Shown in pieces: positions 12,931 to 25,305 of a stretch of 64,000 bases of DNA. The notes under the pieces were generated by a model. The model saw only the letters and a program-made list of their open reading frames with translations, did not search any database and was not told where the DNA came from. Position 1 is the stretch's first letter, and the number at the start of each line of letters is the position of its first letter. The position numbers and the translations under genes are program-made. This DNA comes from Octopus sinensis (Eukaryota), in NCBI RefSeq assembly GCF_006345805.1, contig NC_043011.1, positions 14,644,464 through 14,708,463 on the forward strand, given 5' to 3'.

Positions 12931-13366
12931 ACCCACTTAAATGAAATAACGCCTTATTATCAAGCTATATTTGGTAACTAGAAAAAAGAAAAGAAATAAC
13001 TCACACAAATTAAGATGGAAAATGAGTATACACACAAATTCTGTTTGTACAAAATTTGCTGAATAGTACAAACTTTTTCCGGCTAAATGTATGGAAATGC
13101 TTTTCACAAAAATTCCTACTCTCAACAAATATTCATAGAAGACTGACTGTTTCATGCGCACGACTTTGAAATTTTGACATACTTCTTTTTTTCGTAAAAT
13201 GTCTCGACTTTACTGAAAACTTTCCATAGAAAATGTTCTTTCTACACCTTTAATTTACAGTCATCTAGACTAGATTGTAATATTTTTTAGATATGATTTT
13301 GTTTACTTTCATTTATGTCGCTGTTAGCCCATTATTGTGAGAAAATAATAAAGCTAGACTAATGGG

Positions 13367-13472
13367 CGTCTTTCAAGGTGTAGCTTAACTTGGCGGAAAT
13401 GCTATTCCGTTCATAATTATGGAGTCCATGTCTCAGATACTATCGCTATCACTTGGGCTAAATGAGTAAATC
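13367..13472 (+). repeat. About 106-bp dispersed direct repeat, copy 1
   Basis: CGTCTTTCAAGGTGT...GAGTCCATGTCT...CACTTGGGCTAAAT recurs at 15921-16027. Confidence 0.8.
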
Positions 13473-13914
13473 TCAAGTTGAATCAGATATAATGAAGATT
13501 GTATAAATGTACGTGCATGTGTCAATATATATCTATATATATCAATACATGTGTGTTTGTGTATGTGTGAATGTGTCTGCGTGCGCGTGTGTGCATGTGT
13601 GTGTGTAATTATGTGTTGAAATTACACATAAGTATATGTAAGAATGTGCATATGTATATATGTAAGCAATTAGTGCTTGTAAGTAAATATGAAGCAGCAC
13701 AGAGATGTCCCTATATACATATATGCCTGTGCATACATCTGTGTGTGTGAATATGTCCCTCAAAGGCAAGCATTATGTGTATACGTTTCTTTATACTTCA
13801 ATATATTTAAGCTTTTAGTGAATGTATATGAATTTATCTGTGAAGATATATATGTGTGTGACTAAATTCATGTTCATGTATGCCTCTACTTCTCTGTGTT
13901 TATCCATCTGTCTA

Positions 13915-14002
13915 TACGTACGTACATACATACATACATACACACATACATACATGCATACATACATACATACATACATACATACATGCATGCATGCATA
14001 CA

Positions 14003-14036
<34 letters not shown>

Positions 14037-14050
14037 CATACAAACATACA

Positions 14051-14084
<34 letters not shown>

Positions 14085-14291
14085 CATACATACATACATA
14101 CATATATACATACAAACATACATACATACATACATATATACATACATATATACATACATACATACATAATACATACATGCATACATACATACATACATAC
14201 ATACATACATACATACAAACATACATACATACATACATATATACATACAAACATACATACATACATAATACATACATACATACATACATAT

Positions 14292-14322
<31 letters not shown>

Positions 14323-14450
14323 CATACAAACATACATACATACATACATATATACATACATATATACATACATACATACAAACATACATACATACATACA
14401 TACATACATACATACATACAAACATGCATTCATACATACATACACATATG
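13915..14450. repeat. (ATAC)n microsatellite with AT and AAAC variant units
   Basis: Direct reading. Source of the YIHT/MYVC ORFs. Confidence 0.95.
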
Positions 14451-15151
14451 TACACACGCACAAATAATTGTTTCGGAAAATATTTTTTTATGTTTGCATA
14501 TATGTAAGCATATAAATGTTTTGATCTATATATCTTGGCTTGTAAGTGTATATATGTATTTATATACCATCTGTACGATTATATATGCGTGTGCATGATT
14601 TTGATGTGTCTGCCTTTTCTTGCCAGTATAGTAAGCTTAGGTACCTTTTACCTGAATGTGTACACTTGTGTGCGTGTGTGTCGGTGTGGTTGCTAGATCG
14701 TGTAGATGCAGAAGACTATTCTGAGTGCTGGCATTCTATCTAGCGTATTAGGCTACAGGTCAAGCTATTTTCAGTCTCCTTAACTTAATTTTATACCACA
14801 TTTTTAGCTTCAATTTAAACATAGTAGTTATCAACGTTGGTCCATTTAAGTATATTCACACATTTTATTTAAGATTATCCTCTTACGATTTCCTTTGAGT
14901 CCAGTACGCAAGCATTAGGTCTGGCTATATATGTATTTAAATAAAAGCACGATACAGAGAGGTTGGGAACCGTAAGACAAAATAGTCATTCAAACGCTGT
15001 ACTATTTTCTCTTGTAAAAATATCTCTTTAGCCCTCACTTTGGCTGTAGTCACTAGTTGTGTACGCGGTCGCCAAGGACCGAAACCAAAGTTAACTTTGT
15101 AAACTAATAAAATAATGTAAACATTATATATATATATATTATATATATATA

Positions 15152-15201
<50 letters not shown>

Positions 15202-15576
15202 CGATTTATTTTGTTCTGTACGTAAAGATGTTCTTAAGAGCAAACAAACATAACTACACACACACACGCCCAAACACACGCACGAACACACATACTTTGT
15301 ATCTGTATGCTCTTGTCTCTTGATTTCAACTATCAACGATCACACATCAAATAAGGAATTTTTTTTGGCTTGGCTGCTGTAACCCTGTGCCACGGGGTTC
15401 GATGTCGGTTATATATGTCTATATTTATAATCAAATGGTCCCAATATCAGATTTTTCTCTTTACCATAATCTTGCATCTCTAAAAAAAAAAAAGCTCTTG
15501 TTGTCTAGTTGATGTTTTCATAGTTTTGCTTTCTTTTATTAACAGTAGTAATAAATCAAGCAGGTAGACAGAGAGG

Positions 15577-15614
<38 letters not shown>

Positions 15615-15920
15615 AAGAGAAGAGAGAGAGAGAAAGGGGAGAGGAAGAGTGAGCTGGGGAGAGATAACGATTGGAAGATAAGTAACTTTACGTTCACTAA
15701 TAATTTTCATTGCTGCGAGATCAAATAATAATAAAAATAGTAACAACTACAATAACAACAACAGCGACAAGAGCACTAACGCGACAAACACACCAGTTAC
15801 AACAACAACAACAATAGCAATAAAAAAAAATAATTGTTATTATTATTATTATTATTATTATTGTTGTTGTGAGAAAATAATGGCTTGTTTGAAAGAAATC
15901 AATAGAACGAGACGGATGGA

Positions 15921-16027
15921 CGTCTTTCAAGGTGTGGCTAAACTTGGTGGAGACGATATTCCGTTGATAAGTATAGAGTCCATGTCTGTAGATAGCATCG
16001 CTACCACTTGGGCTAAATCAGCAAATC
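15921..16027 (+). repeat. About 106-bp dispersed direct repeat, copy 2
   Basis: Aligns to 13367-13472 with many substitutions and one indel. Confidence 0.8.
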
Positions 16028-16223
16028 ACTAGTTAGATGATTATTATCCTATAAAATGCTATCAAAAGTATTATTATCTACTTACTTCGTTCTTTTCATT
16101 CTCTTTCATTATAGGAAAACATTTTCCGGCTACGTTATTCATCTCCTCCTCCTCCTCCTCCTTTCTATTTGCTGCACCTCATCCGCATACTTCCCCGTTT
16201 CCTGTTTCTTATCTTCCTGTTTC

Positions 16224-16224
<1 letters not shown>

Positions 16225-16276
<52 letters not shown>

Positions 16277-16277
16277 C

Positions 16278-16357
<80 letters not shown>

Positions 16358-16370
16358 GTCTATCTGTCTA

Positions 16371-16400
<30 letters not shown>
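16225..16400. repeat. (ATCT)n grading into (GTCT)n
   Basis: Direct reading. Confidence 0.95.
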
Positions 16401-16405
<5 letters not shown>

Positions 16406-16497
16406 TTCTCTTTGGCTATTTGTCTGTCTGACTGAGTTTCTGATTATCTTTTTATCTGCATGTGTTATAAGTGTACATGATTATGTGTGTGTGTCTG

Positions 16498-16527
16498 TGT
16501 ATATATATATGTATATATATATGCATG

Positions 16528-16589
<62 letters not shown>

Positions 16590-16660
16590 GTGTGTGGTGT
16601 GTGTGTGTATATATATATATATGTATATATATAAATAATGTATGTATATATAAATATATG

Positions 16661-16697
<37 letters not shown>

Positions 16698-16702
16698 TAT
16701 AT

Positions 16703-16745
<43 letters not shown>

Positions 16746-16802
16746 ATATATATACATATATATATACATATATATATATATACATATATATATAACATAT
16801 AT
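16498..16802. repeat. Imperfect (TA)n tract at the 5' flank of the Penelope element
   Basis: Direct reading. Confidence 0.95.
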
Positions 16803-17152
16803 ACTGAGACTGCCAGCCGCCACTGACCATCAAAATACGACCATCAGGGCACTCCTAGATTCTCCCACCACCCTTTCCTCACCAACCTTCTTCCTCTACT
16901 ACCCTACCAAGAACTCAAACGACCTCCAACACTCAAGTGCAAACAAGGGAGTCAGAGAAAGGCAGAATGCCACTTAAATCTGAACACTACTATAGAAATA
17001 TTCTTTTAAAAAACTTTCTTCTAATTTTTCTAAATTTAATTATTTAATCGTTACAGTTGAAAAGGTCTCAAAATGACCGAAACCGGTACTGAAATGTTCA
17101 CTATAAAATTATTTTAGCATTTTCTATTTTTGACTGGTTTTTTCATATATAT
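16803..17152 (+). repeat. Penelope 5' pseudo-LTR
   Basis: ACTGAGACTGCCAGCCGCC...TTTTCATATATAT, nearly identical to 21192-21541. Confidence 0.92.
17049..17096 (+). ncRNA. Minimal type I hammerhead ribozyme, U3:A8 core variant
   Basis: Stem I CGTTACAG / CTGAAATG. Core TTGAAAA (17057-63). Stem II GGTC-TCAAAAT-GACC, then GAAA, palindromic CCGG and a GTA cleavage triplet. This is the known PLE pLTR ribozyme architecture. Confidence 0.75.
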
Positions 17153-17211
17153 CAACTCGTGTGTTCCTTTTCACCCTTATACATATCATTAACCCACACG
17201 AAATACAGAAA

Positions 17212-20200
17212 ATGCCGACAAAAACAGACACAATCACCTCCATAAACGAAGAAATACTGAAAGAACTCAAGAAAATCAACACAAATTCGTCAACTTTTTT
17301 GAACAAATTCGACTCGACACTTCAACCCAATCGAGAGAACAATGAAGAAACAGATACGAAAAATACAACCTCCGAAATTGTCGAAAACCTTGGAAACTTA
17401 TGCGAAACAATTAGAACATTTTTCTCTAACAACGCTAACCAAGGTCCTCCAAACGCGTCAATATATGGGATCAATACTCTAACAACATACCAAATGAAAC
17501 ACCACATAATACCACAATGGAACAAATCACTCAGAGAGATAGAAAGTTCGCCTTTTGGAAGATGATCCAAAACAACAACAAAGCGGATATATACGAAAAA
17601 TGGCTCAACCGGACCCCGTTAATCCTCCCACGTAAATTCCAGTTCAAAGCTATTACAGAAGAACCTGAAACACAAAGACACCTCAGGGAGAGAATGGCAC
17701 TGGAAAAAATGAAAATGGAATAGAACTTCTGAAATTGAGGGCCCAAACGAATGAGGATAAAATAAAATCCACCGATGAAGATATCAACGAAGAAATTCGC
17801 AAAATGACCCAAGGCCCAGATCAGAGAGAAGTTCTCCAAACTATGGAAGAGGACTGTGAAAAAAAGAGAACTAAAATCTCTCCAACGCTGGGAGAAAAGC
17901 GCCACTTGGTTCTCAGACTATGAAGCCGTCTTTCAAACAGAGCACGCCTCCAACAACCCTTTAGAAAAAATAAGAAAACCAAACACCGATACACACCTGT
18001 CTAAAAATCGGAACCTTCACTACTATCAAAAAAAGAATACAGGACCTAACCCTAACTCTGTAAGCAGCCAGCGATACAATATCAGGAATACCCCCACTTC
18101 AAGCAGAGAAAGGATAAAAACACACCCACAGCATAGACACTGCAACCTCATCCCCACCCAAAGGAGTTACCAACGAAATCTTCGTCCCATAACCGGTTTA
18201 AACAACCATGCACAACAAACCCACACCACTTGCAATGATTACCAACGAAGGCCTCCTAGAACACCACACCCGAATATGGGATATGGGATGCTCTCCTCAA
18301 TACTGCTCCAAGAACACACACCATAAATCACAACAGGAGACCCCTAATCAACAAAGAACAACTATATACTAGCTACCGTCCCAACCACCGCATTCATTTT
18401 TTAGACCCAATACGCAAACACAGAGACACAAGATAGCACCAAACAAGCAGGAGGAACCAAAAGTAATAAAAATTATTATCTAACTCACAAGGAACTAACA
18501 GCAAACCAAATAAACATACTTTCCAAAGGACTCAAGTTTACACCCACCCCACAACACCCCAACTACAATGAAATGAAAGAAGACATCGCAGAATTCTGCA
18601 GAAAATTAAGACTTACTGAGGAGCTATACGATAAATACAACGAGGACGAATCGTTAGCCAGAAATAGGAGGTACTACACCCCCTCGAAAGGTAAGAATAA
18701 AACACTTGATGATTTCTGTGACCACATATCAAATTACCCATATCAACATATGCACAAACAAAAACACAAACCAAACTTCAGCAAAAAAGAATGGGCTGAG
18801 TTGAACAAATTAAAACTAGATAGATAAAACAATAACAATCAAAGAGGCCGATAAAGGGAGAGTTGCTTGTTGTTAATGGATACGACATTTTACGTAACTT
18901 TGGTACTTTCTATGCTGGAAGACACAACATACTATGAAAAGGCACAAAACTACAGTCAACAAAAAATAATGAGGGAACTAAAATCCATATTAAACCCATA
19001 CAAAGCAGGGCTCACCGACAAAGAATATGATTATATGACCAATTTCACAAGTAAAACTAGCCAATTCTACGGTATACCTAAGATCCACAAAAGTGAAAAA
19101 ATAAGCAACGCATGCAAGATAGCTACAGACAAAATAATTAAAGTCCCTAATCCTAATGACCTCAAATTGCGACCCATAATAGCAGGTCCCGCATGCGAAA
19201 CCCACCGCCTCAGTAACTTTTTAGACACCCTGTTAAAACCACTCCTCAAACATGTCAAAAGCTATATAAGGGACGACTTAGATATGCTTAATCACCTACC
19301 GAATACTATAAACAAAAACACCATACTGGTATCCTTCGATGTAGTCAACCTCTACTCCAATATCCCCCACAACCTAGGACTAGAGGCATCCAATTCTGGC
19401 TAGAGAATCACGCCACGAACTACCACACCGCATCAAAAAAGAATTTGTGATGGAAGGGGTTAAATTCATCCTGGAAAATAACTTCTTCGCCTTCAATGAC
19501 AACTTCTACCCCGACAAAAATCGGGGACTGCGATGGGTACACGAATGGCCCCCTCCTTGCCAACCTAGTCATAGGATACCTAGAGATCAGTTTGTATCGT
19601 AAGGTTCTAGAAAGATATGGCAGCCCTTTCTCCATCTACATAGAAAACAACTGGAAGAGATATCTAGATGACTGTTTCATCCTTTGGCATAAAAATATAG
19701 AAAAACTCATAGAATTCCAGAACATTTTAAACGGACTGGACGTAAACATCCAATTCACGATGGAATATAGCCAACAACAACTCCCCTTCCTCGATATCCT
19801 CATTAAGAAAGCTAATAATATAATAGAAACAGACATATACTATAAGCCTACAGACTCAAGCAATATCTTCCATTCAATTCATGCCACCCCAGACACACCA
19901 GGATGAATATCCCTTCAATCTAGCAAAAAGGATATGCACTATAGTCTCTAACGCAAACACCAGAGACACACGACTACAAGAACTAAAAGATACCCTAACA
20001 CCAGGAACTATCCACCTTCACTTATTGAAAAGTGCATTCAACGTGCCCTTCAACTTAACATCAAGGAACTGAGACATCCCAAATCAAAGAAAGACTTACA
20101 ACCAAAAGCCTTACCATACATCTCCACACACAACCCTCTCAATAACGAAGCCTTCGACACATCCTCCACAACATTACCCCTCCTAAAAAAAGACCACAGA

Positions 20201-20740
20201 ATGAACACAATCCTCCAAACACACACGATCATAAAAAGCAAAAGACAGCCTAGATCCTGAAAAGTCTCCTTACACAAGCCCGAATTCACTCTTCAACACA
20301 GAAGCCGACAGTAAAAAAATGTGGAAGACCCAATTGCGGGATATGCAACTATCTAATTGAGGGATCAGAGTTCTCCTTCAAACAGGGACAACGGTTTACA
20401 GTGAAAAGCAACTTCACATGTGCTTCGGAGAACCTAATATACTCACTACCTGCTCCGGGTGTCAAGAGCAGTACATAGGCCAAACAAAAAATGGTTTGCG
20501 TAAACGAATGGCCCTGCACAGATCCCAGATATAAAAATTCCCCAAAACAGAAAAATAGCTTTTAGCAAAACATAGATACTTGCGCCAACAAAAAAACCAC
20601 CAAACTTCAGAATTTCCCCCTCTACCAATTTAGGGACGATACAACCTCGAGACACAACGAATAAGTAAAGAAAATCTCTTTATTACAAAATACAAGCCAC
20701 TTCTTAACGGGTCTACGACAAACAATTATATACCTCAACT
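17212..20740 (+). pseudogene. Penelope polyprotein (N-terminal extension, RT, Cys linker, GIY-YIG endonuclease), broken by many frameshifts
   Basis: LSKGLKFTPTP; YGIPKIHK; LRPII; LVSFDVVNLYSNIPH; GTAMGTRMAP-like segment; RYLDDCF; LPFLDILI; TDIYYKPTDS; LIYS..CSGCQEQYIGQT...RMALH. Confidence 0.9.
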
Positions 20741-20854
20741 TTAGAATAAAAGAAAAAATATATATACACACACAAATATTACACTCCATAGAATCCATTA
20801 CTAATCAGCCCCTTCATAGCTATAACTTACACCCTTTCATATTCTCCCTTCTTG

Positions 20855-21100
20855 TTTTTTTCTTCTTCTTCTTCTTCCTCATCATTATCATCATCATCGT
20901 CGTCATCATCATCACCACATCATCACCACCATCTTCTCCTTCTCCTCCTTCTTCTTCTTCTTCTTCTTCTCTTCTTCTTCTTCTCATCATCATCATTATC
21001 ATCATCATCGTCGTCATAATCATCACCACCATCACCATCATCGTCATCTTCTCCTTCTCCTTGTTCTTCTTCTCTTCTTCTCTTCTACTTCTCCACCCCC
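20855..21100. repeat. (TCT)n/(TCA)n tract inside the Penelope 3' region
   Basis: Direct reading. Confidence 0.9.
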
Positions 21101-21191
21101 TACCCCTTAACTTTGTCACTAATGTTTTTTAGTATAACACCTACGCTAATTCTATAAACAAGCTTGTCATATAAATATTCTCCTGAATTGA

Positions 21192-21529
21192 ACTGAGACT
21201 GCCAGCCGCCACTGACCATTCAAAATACGATCATCAGGGCACTCCCAGATTCTCCCACCCCCCTTTCCTCACCAGCCTTCCCTCTACTACCCTACCAAGA
21301 ACTCACAACGACCTCCAACACACAAGTGCAAACAAGGGAGTCAGAGAAGGCAGAATGCCACTTAAATCTGAACACTACTATAGAAATATTCTTTTAAAAA
21401 AACTTTTCTTCTAATTTTTCTAAATTTAATTATTTAATCGTTACAGTTGAAAAGGTCTCAAAATGACCGAAACCGGACTGAAATGTTCACTATAAAATAT
21501 TTTAGCATTTTCTATTTTTGACTGTTTTT

Positions 21530-21541
<12 letters not shown>
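21192..21541 (+). repeat. Penelope 3' pseudo-LTR
   Basis: Direct repeat of 16803-17152, running into (TA)n. Confidence 0.92.
21439..21485 (+). ncRNA. Second hammerhead copy, lacking the U of the GUA triplet
   Basis: Same as 17049-17096 but reads CCGGACTG instead of CCGGTACTG. Could be a real deletion or a sequencing indel. Confidence 0.55.
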
Positions 21542-21570
<29 letters not shown>

Positions 21571-21573
<3 letters not shown>

Positions 21574-22834
21574 GGGATGGACAAAATAATGGAAACACCT
21601 TAAAATTTCAAGCAAATTTATTTTAATATAGGGAGGACCGACTTTGGTAGTAATTACAGCTTGAATTCGACGAGGCATGGACTCGTACAAAGTTTGAATT
21701 GTTTCCAAAGGAATTTTTGTCCGTTCTTCAGCTAAAACAGTCTCCAGTCCTTGTAGTGATGATGGTGTAGGATATCGACTCCTTGCTTGTTTTTCTAAAG
21801 TGCACCATAAATGTTCAATAATATTGAGATCTGGGTACTGTGATGGCCAGATAAGAAGTTCAACTTCACTGGAATGTTCCTCGTGCCATTCAGGAACAAC
21901 TTTAGATGTGTGAATTGGTGCATTATTAGATTGGGTTTCCCTCTAGAAACAGTTCCGCAACCATAGGATGAATTTGATAAGATAAAATGCTTAAATAGTC
22001 TTGACTATTAATTCTGCCATGAAAGGAAACCATTGTGCTGGCAGATTTCCAAGATATAGCCCCCCAGATCATCACAGATCTTCCTCCATGTTTAACACTT
22101 GGAAGAAGGCAGTCTGGGTCAAATGCTTCTTTTGGCTGTCTCCACACGTATACTCGGCCAGTGATCGGAAATAAGGTAAAGGATGACTCGTCCAAGAAAA
22201 TAACTTTCTTCCACTGCTCTAGGGACCAATTCTGTAGGTTTTTACTCCACTCTAAACACTTTGCAACGTTTAGTTTTGAAAGTAGTGGTTTTCTGATTGC
22301 AGCCCTCACGTGAAATCCGGCTTTGTGCAGCACCTGACAAACAGGTTTTGTGGAATCTGGGTTCTCGAGGTGGTCATTAAGCTCTGCAGTAATTTTGGGA
22401 GCTGTACTTTTGTGATCCTTTCTAACAAATCACGTAAGAGTCAGACGGTCCCTATCTGAAGGTTTTGGTTTTCTTCCGGAGTTTTGTTTCGTCGAGGAGG
22501 TTTTTCCCTCTTTCTCAAAGGCTGTCTTTACTTTCGAGACAGTACTTCTTCATACACCAACATTTCGGCTGTTTCCGTTGCGCTAGCGCCTGCCATACGA
22601 GCACCAACAATTTGACCTCTTTGAAAGTCCGATAGATCTGTCATTTTAAGAAATTTTAATTACCTTTTTCTGATGATATCTGAAAAGAAACAGAAATTTT
22701 AACAAAACGTATTAAGCAACACTAATAATAAATAAAAGAAACATAAAAATAAGCAAGCTTTTGACGGTTTTATAGATATTTCAAAATTATGATGCTATGA
22801 TGCTAGGAGTTTCCATTATAATTTCCTGTCCCTG
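21571..22834 (-). mobile_element. Tc1-family DNA transposon, full extent, DD36E-like
   Basis: Imperfect TIRs CAGGGGATGGACAAAATAATGGAAACACC and GGAGTTTCCATTATAATTTCCTGTCCCTG, with TA on both sides. Confidence 0.9.
21624..22644 (-). pseudogene. Tc1-type transposase, frameshifted
   Basis: MTDLSDFQRGQIVGARMAGASATETA; AAIRKPLL; VIFLDESSFTLF; SVKHGGRSVMIWGAIS; (D>N)NAPIHTSK...WPSQYPDLNIIEHLW. Confidence 0.9.
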
Positions 22835-24036
22835 TATGTATGTATGTATGTATGTATGTGTGTATGTATGTATATGCATACGTGTTTGTGTGTGTGTGTG
22901 TTCGAATATCTATTCGTGTGTCTATTCGCTCATTTTTACTCTGTTCTCATTTGCTCTCTTCCGTTCTCCACTTCCTCTCTTTAACCATACAAACACATAT
23001 ACAGTTATACTGTATATTAGACTATGTAAAATCTATCCATGCATACACAATACACTAACACACACGCACACTCGTGTTCATACGCACACACATACACACA
23101 CATGCACTCAAAATCCACTTCTGTATATACGTGTGTGTACGTATGTGAACTTGTGCACCTCTAAAGCAGACTTCATTCTAAGTATGTAGAAAGCAATAAC
23201 AGAGATAATCATTCCAGGAGAACTAGCTTACAATTATGGATTAAATTTAGATTGCACAGTTTAAAGCGAACGATGAGAAATTTCTTGGGGATTGTTGATA
23301 GAAGTTTCCTTTGAACCAATTTTCGCTAGAATGTAGAAACGGACAGGTTGAATCAAATTAAGAAACTGCTTTCAACCAGAGAAGATACTTAAAGACATCG
23401 CCAATTACGTATTACATTTGCTTTATATTAGTATAAGCATACTACACGTTGTTTCGTACAATTCCTACTCATATTACTGTTTTGCTCCTTTTACTTTGAA
23501 TGGAAAGTAAGAAAAAACAAAGAACAAAAAAAACTTGCCAGTACGTACAACCAATATGACTAAGAATGGATGGAATTCTTCTGTAATTTTCGTTTCCGTC
23601 AATTTTCATCTATTTTTACTCTTCAACTTCTCTTTTAATTCAATGACATTTATTTTCTTGTAATTATTTTTAATGTTGATCGTTCCACAACTATTTAGGC
23701 ATGTCACTAACCGTTAGCTATTTATTCCATCAATGATTCCGACACATTTTTAAAGAAACGTTTCTTTGTGAGTCTGTTTATAGAATCGACTGGGAAATCT
23801 CTATCTCTACTGAATGGACCAATTAGCTTTGACCAAAGAAATAAATGCAAAAAATATAAATGTATAAAGGAAAAAAATACATTAAAAAAATGAGCAAAAA
23901 AATATTGCTTTATTTTACTTTAGATTTCAAGTTTTATGTTAAAAAAATTCAAATCTAGAAGCAACATAATAAAACACTCGATAACTGTTGTTTCATATAA
24001 ATTTACTCAAGAAAGAGAGCCATGGTTTCAAATCTC

Positions 24037-24448
24037 GGACTTTTTCGGTTTGAACGGCAGTTTTTTAAAATAATTTCCACGTAACTAAACACTTTTAAAC
24101 TTCGTTTACTGGTAGAATGTGTTTATAAAACATCTTTTTCTCTTGGCTTTATTGAGAAAATTCTATAGTTTGTAAGATATTTGTTGTTTTTTCTTCAATT
24201 TCTGCAATTTCAACCAATCAATGACGTCTATTGAAGGTGAAAACATTCTGTGCCGTGTGAATATGTCTCTCGTTTAAGAAACAGATTGGGTTTATTTACA
24301 TTTGTGAAGAAAAAAGATACCATTCCCCCACCCTAACCCTAACCCCAAAACAGATTGAAATGCAATAGATCGATACTAGGGCCATAATTATGGGTGACAA
24401 TTTCATATGACACCGCTAGAAAAACTGACGTTCAAACCGAAAAGATCC
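24037..24448. mobile_element. Non-autonomous TIR element (MITE-like) with internal (CCCTAA)n, copy 1
   Basis: Ends GGACTTTTTCGGTTTGAACGGCAGTTTTT and AAAAACTGACGTTCAAACCGAAAAGATCC. Colinear with 49000-49445. Confidence 0.85.
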
Positions 24449-25018
24449 CAATTCGCAGTTGGATATTTCAGATCACTTTTATGTCAAATGTTACTGGAAA
24501 ATGAATGCATCCCACAACATATTATTCCTTTTTACTACAAGCGTATTGTTAATCTATGCCTAAATACGAAAACTAAAACAAAAACAAACAAAAAACAATA
24601 GTTGATAACATTGCTATATGTTATATAATACCAAGTTCGATCCCATTTGAATTAAACCACTTTTGGACTACCGGGTTGTCTACTATCTTGCGAATGCAAT
24701 TTTTCAGACAGAAAATATGTAGAAGTCCGTTGTATGTGTATGTTTATATATGTGAGTGTGTGTGAGAGTTTATGTGTGCGTGTGTGTGTGCTCGCGTACA
24801 TGCATGTATGCATGTATGTATGTATGTATGCGTGTATGTATGTATATACGCGTGAATGGACAAACGAAAGAAAAGGGTTCTCTGCACATTTATTAGGAGT
24901 TGCATGTATTATTTGAAAAGGTTTGATTCTGCTCTCTGCGACTTAAAGTTTCGCAGGCCTCTAACAGAGACGAAATATCAAGATGCATGCGTTCGAGTCA
25001 AACTATTAAAAAAATCTC

Positions 25019-25029
<11 letters not shown>

Positions 25030-25113
<84 letters not shown>

Positions 25114-25199
25114 ATATATATATTATATATATATATTATATATATATACATATTATACATATACATACATATATATATATATATAATATATACATATAC

Positions 25200-25230
<31 letters not shown>

Positions 25231-25305
25231 CATACATATACATATACACTATACATATACATATACATATACATATATATACATACATATACACACATAT
25301 ATATA
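25030..25305. repeat. (TA)n/(TATACA)n tract 5' of the CR1 LINE
   Basis: Direct reading. Confidence 0.95.

Larger units (their letters stand above)
16803..21541 (+). mobile_element. Near full-length Penelope-like retroelement, Neptune type, with direct pseudo-LTRs
   Basis: 350-bp direct repeats at 16803-17152 and 21192-21541 flank an RT plus GIY-YIG coding region. Cys linker KKCGRPNCGICNYL...FTCAS lies between RT and endonuclease. Both flanks are (TA)n. Confidence 0.92.

Noticed and set aside
13815-14507. Overlapping ORFs of about 200 aa (YIHT/MYVC), and similar ORFs at 7.0, 9.3, 32, 50.8 and 52 kb
   Set aside because: Microsatellite translations.
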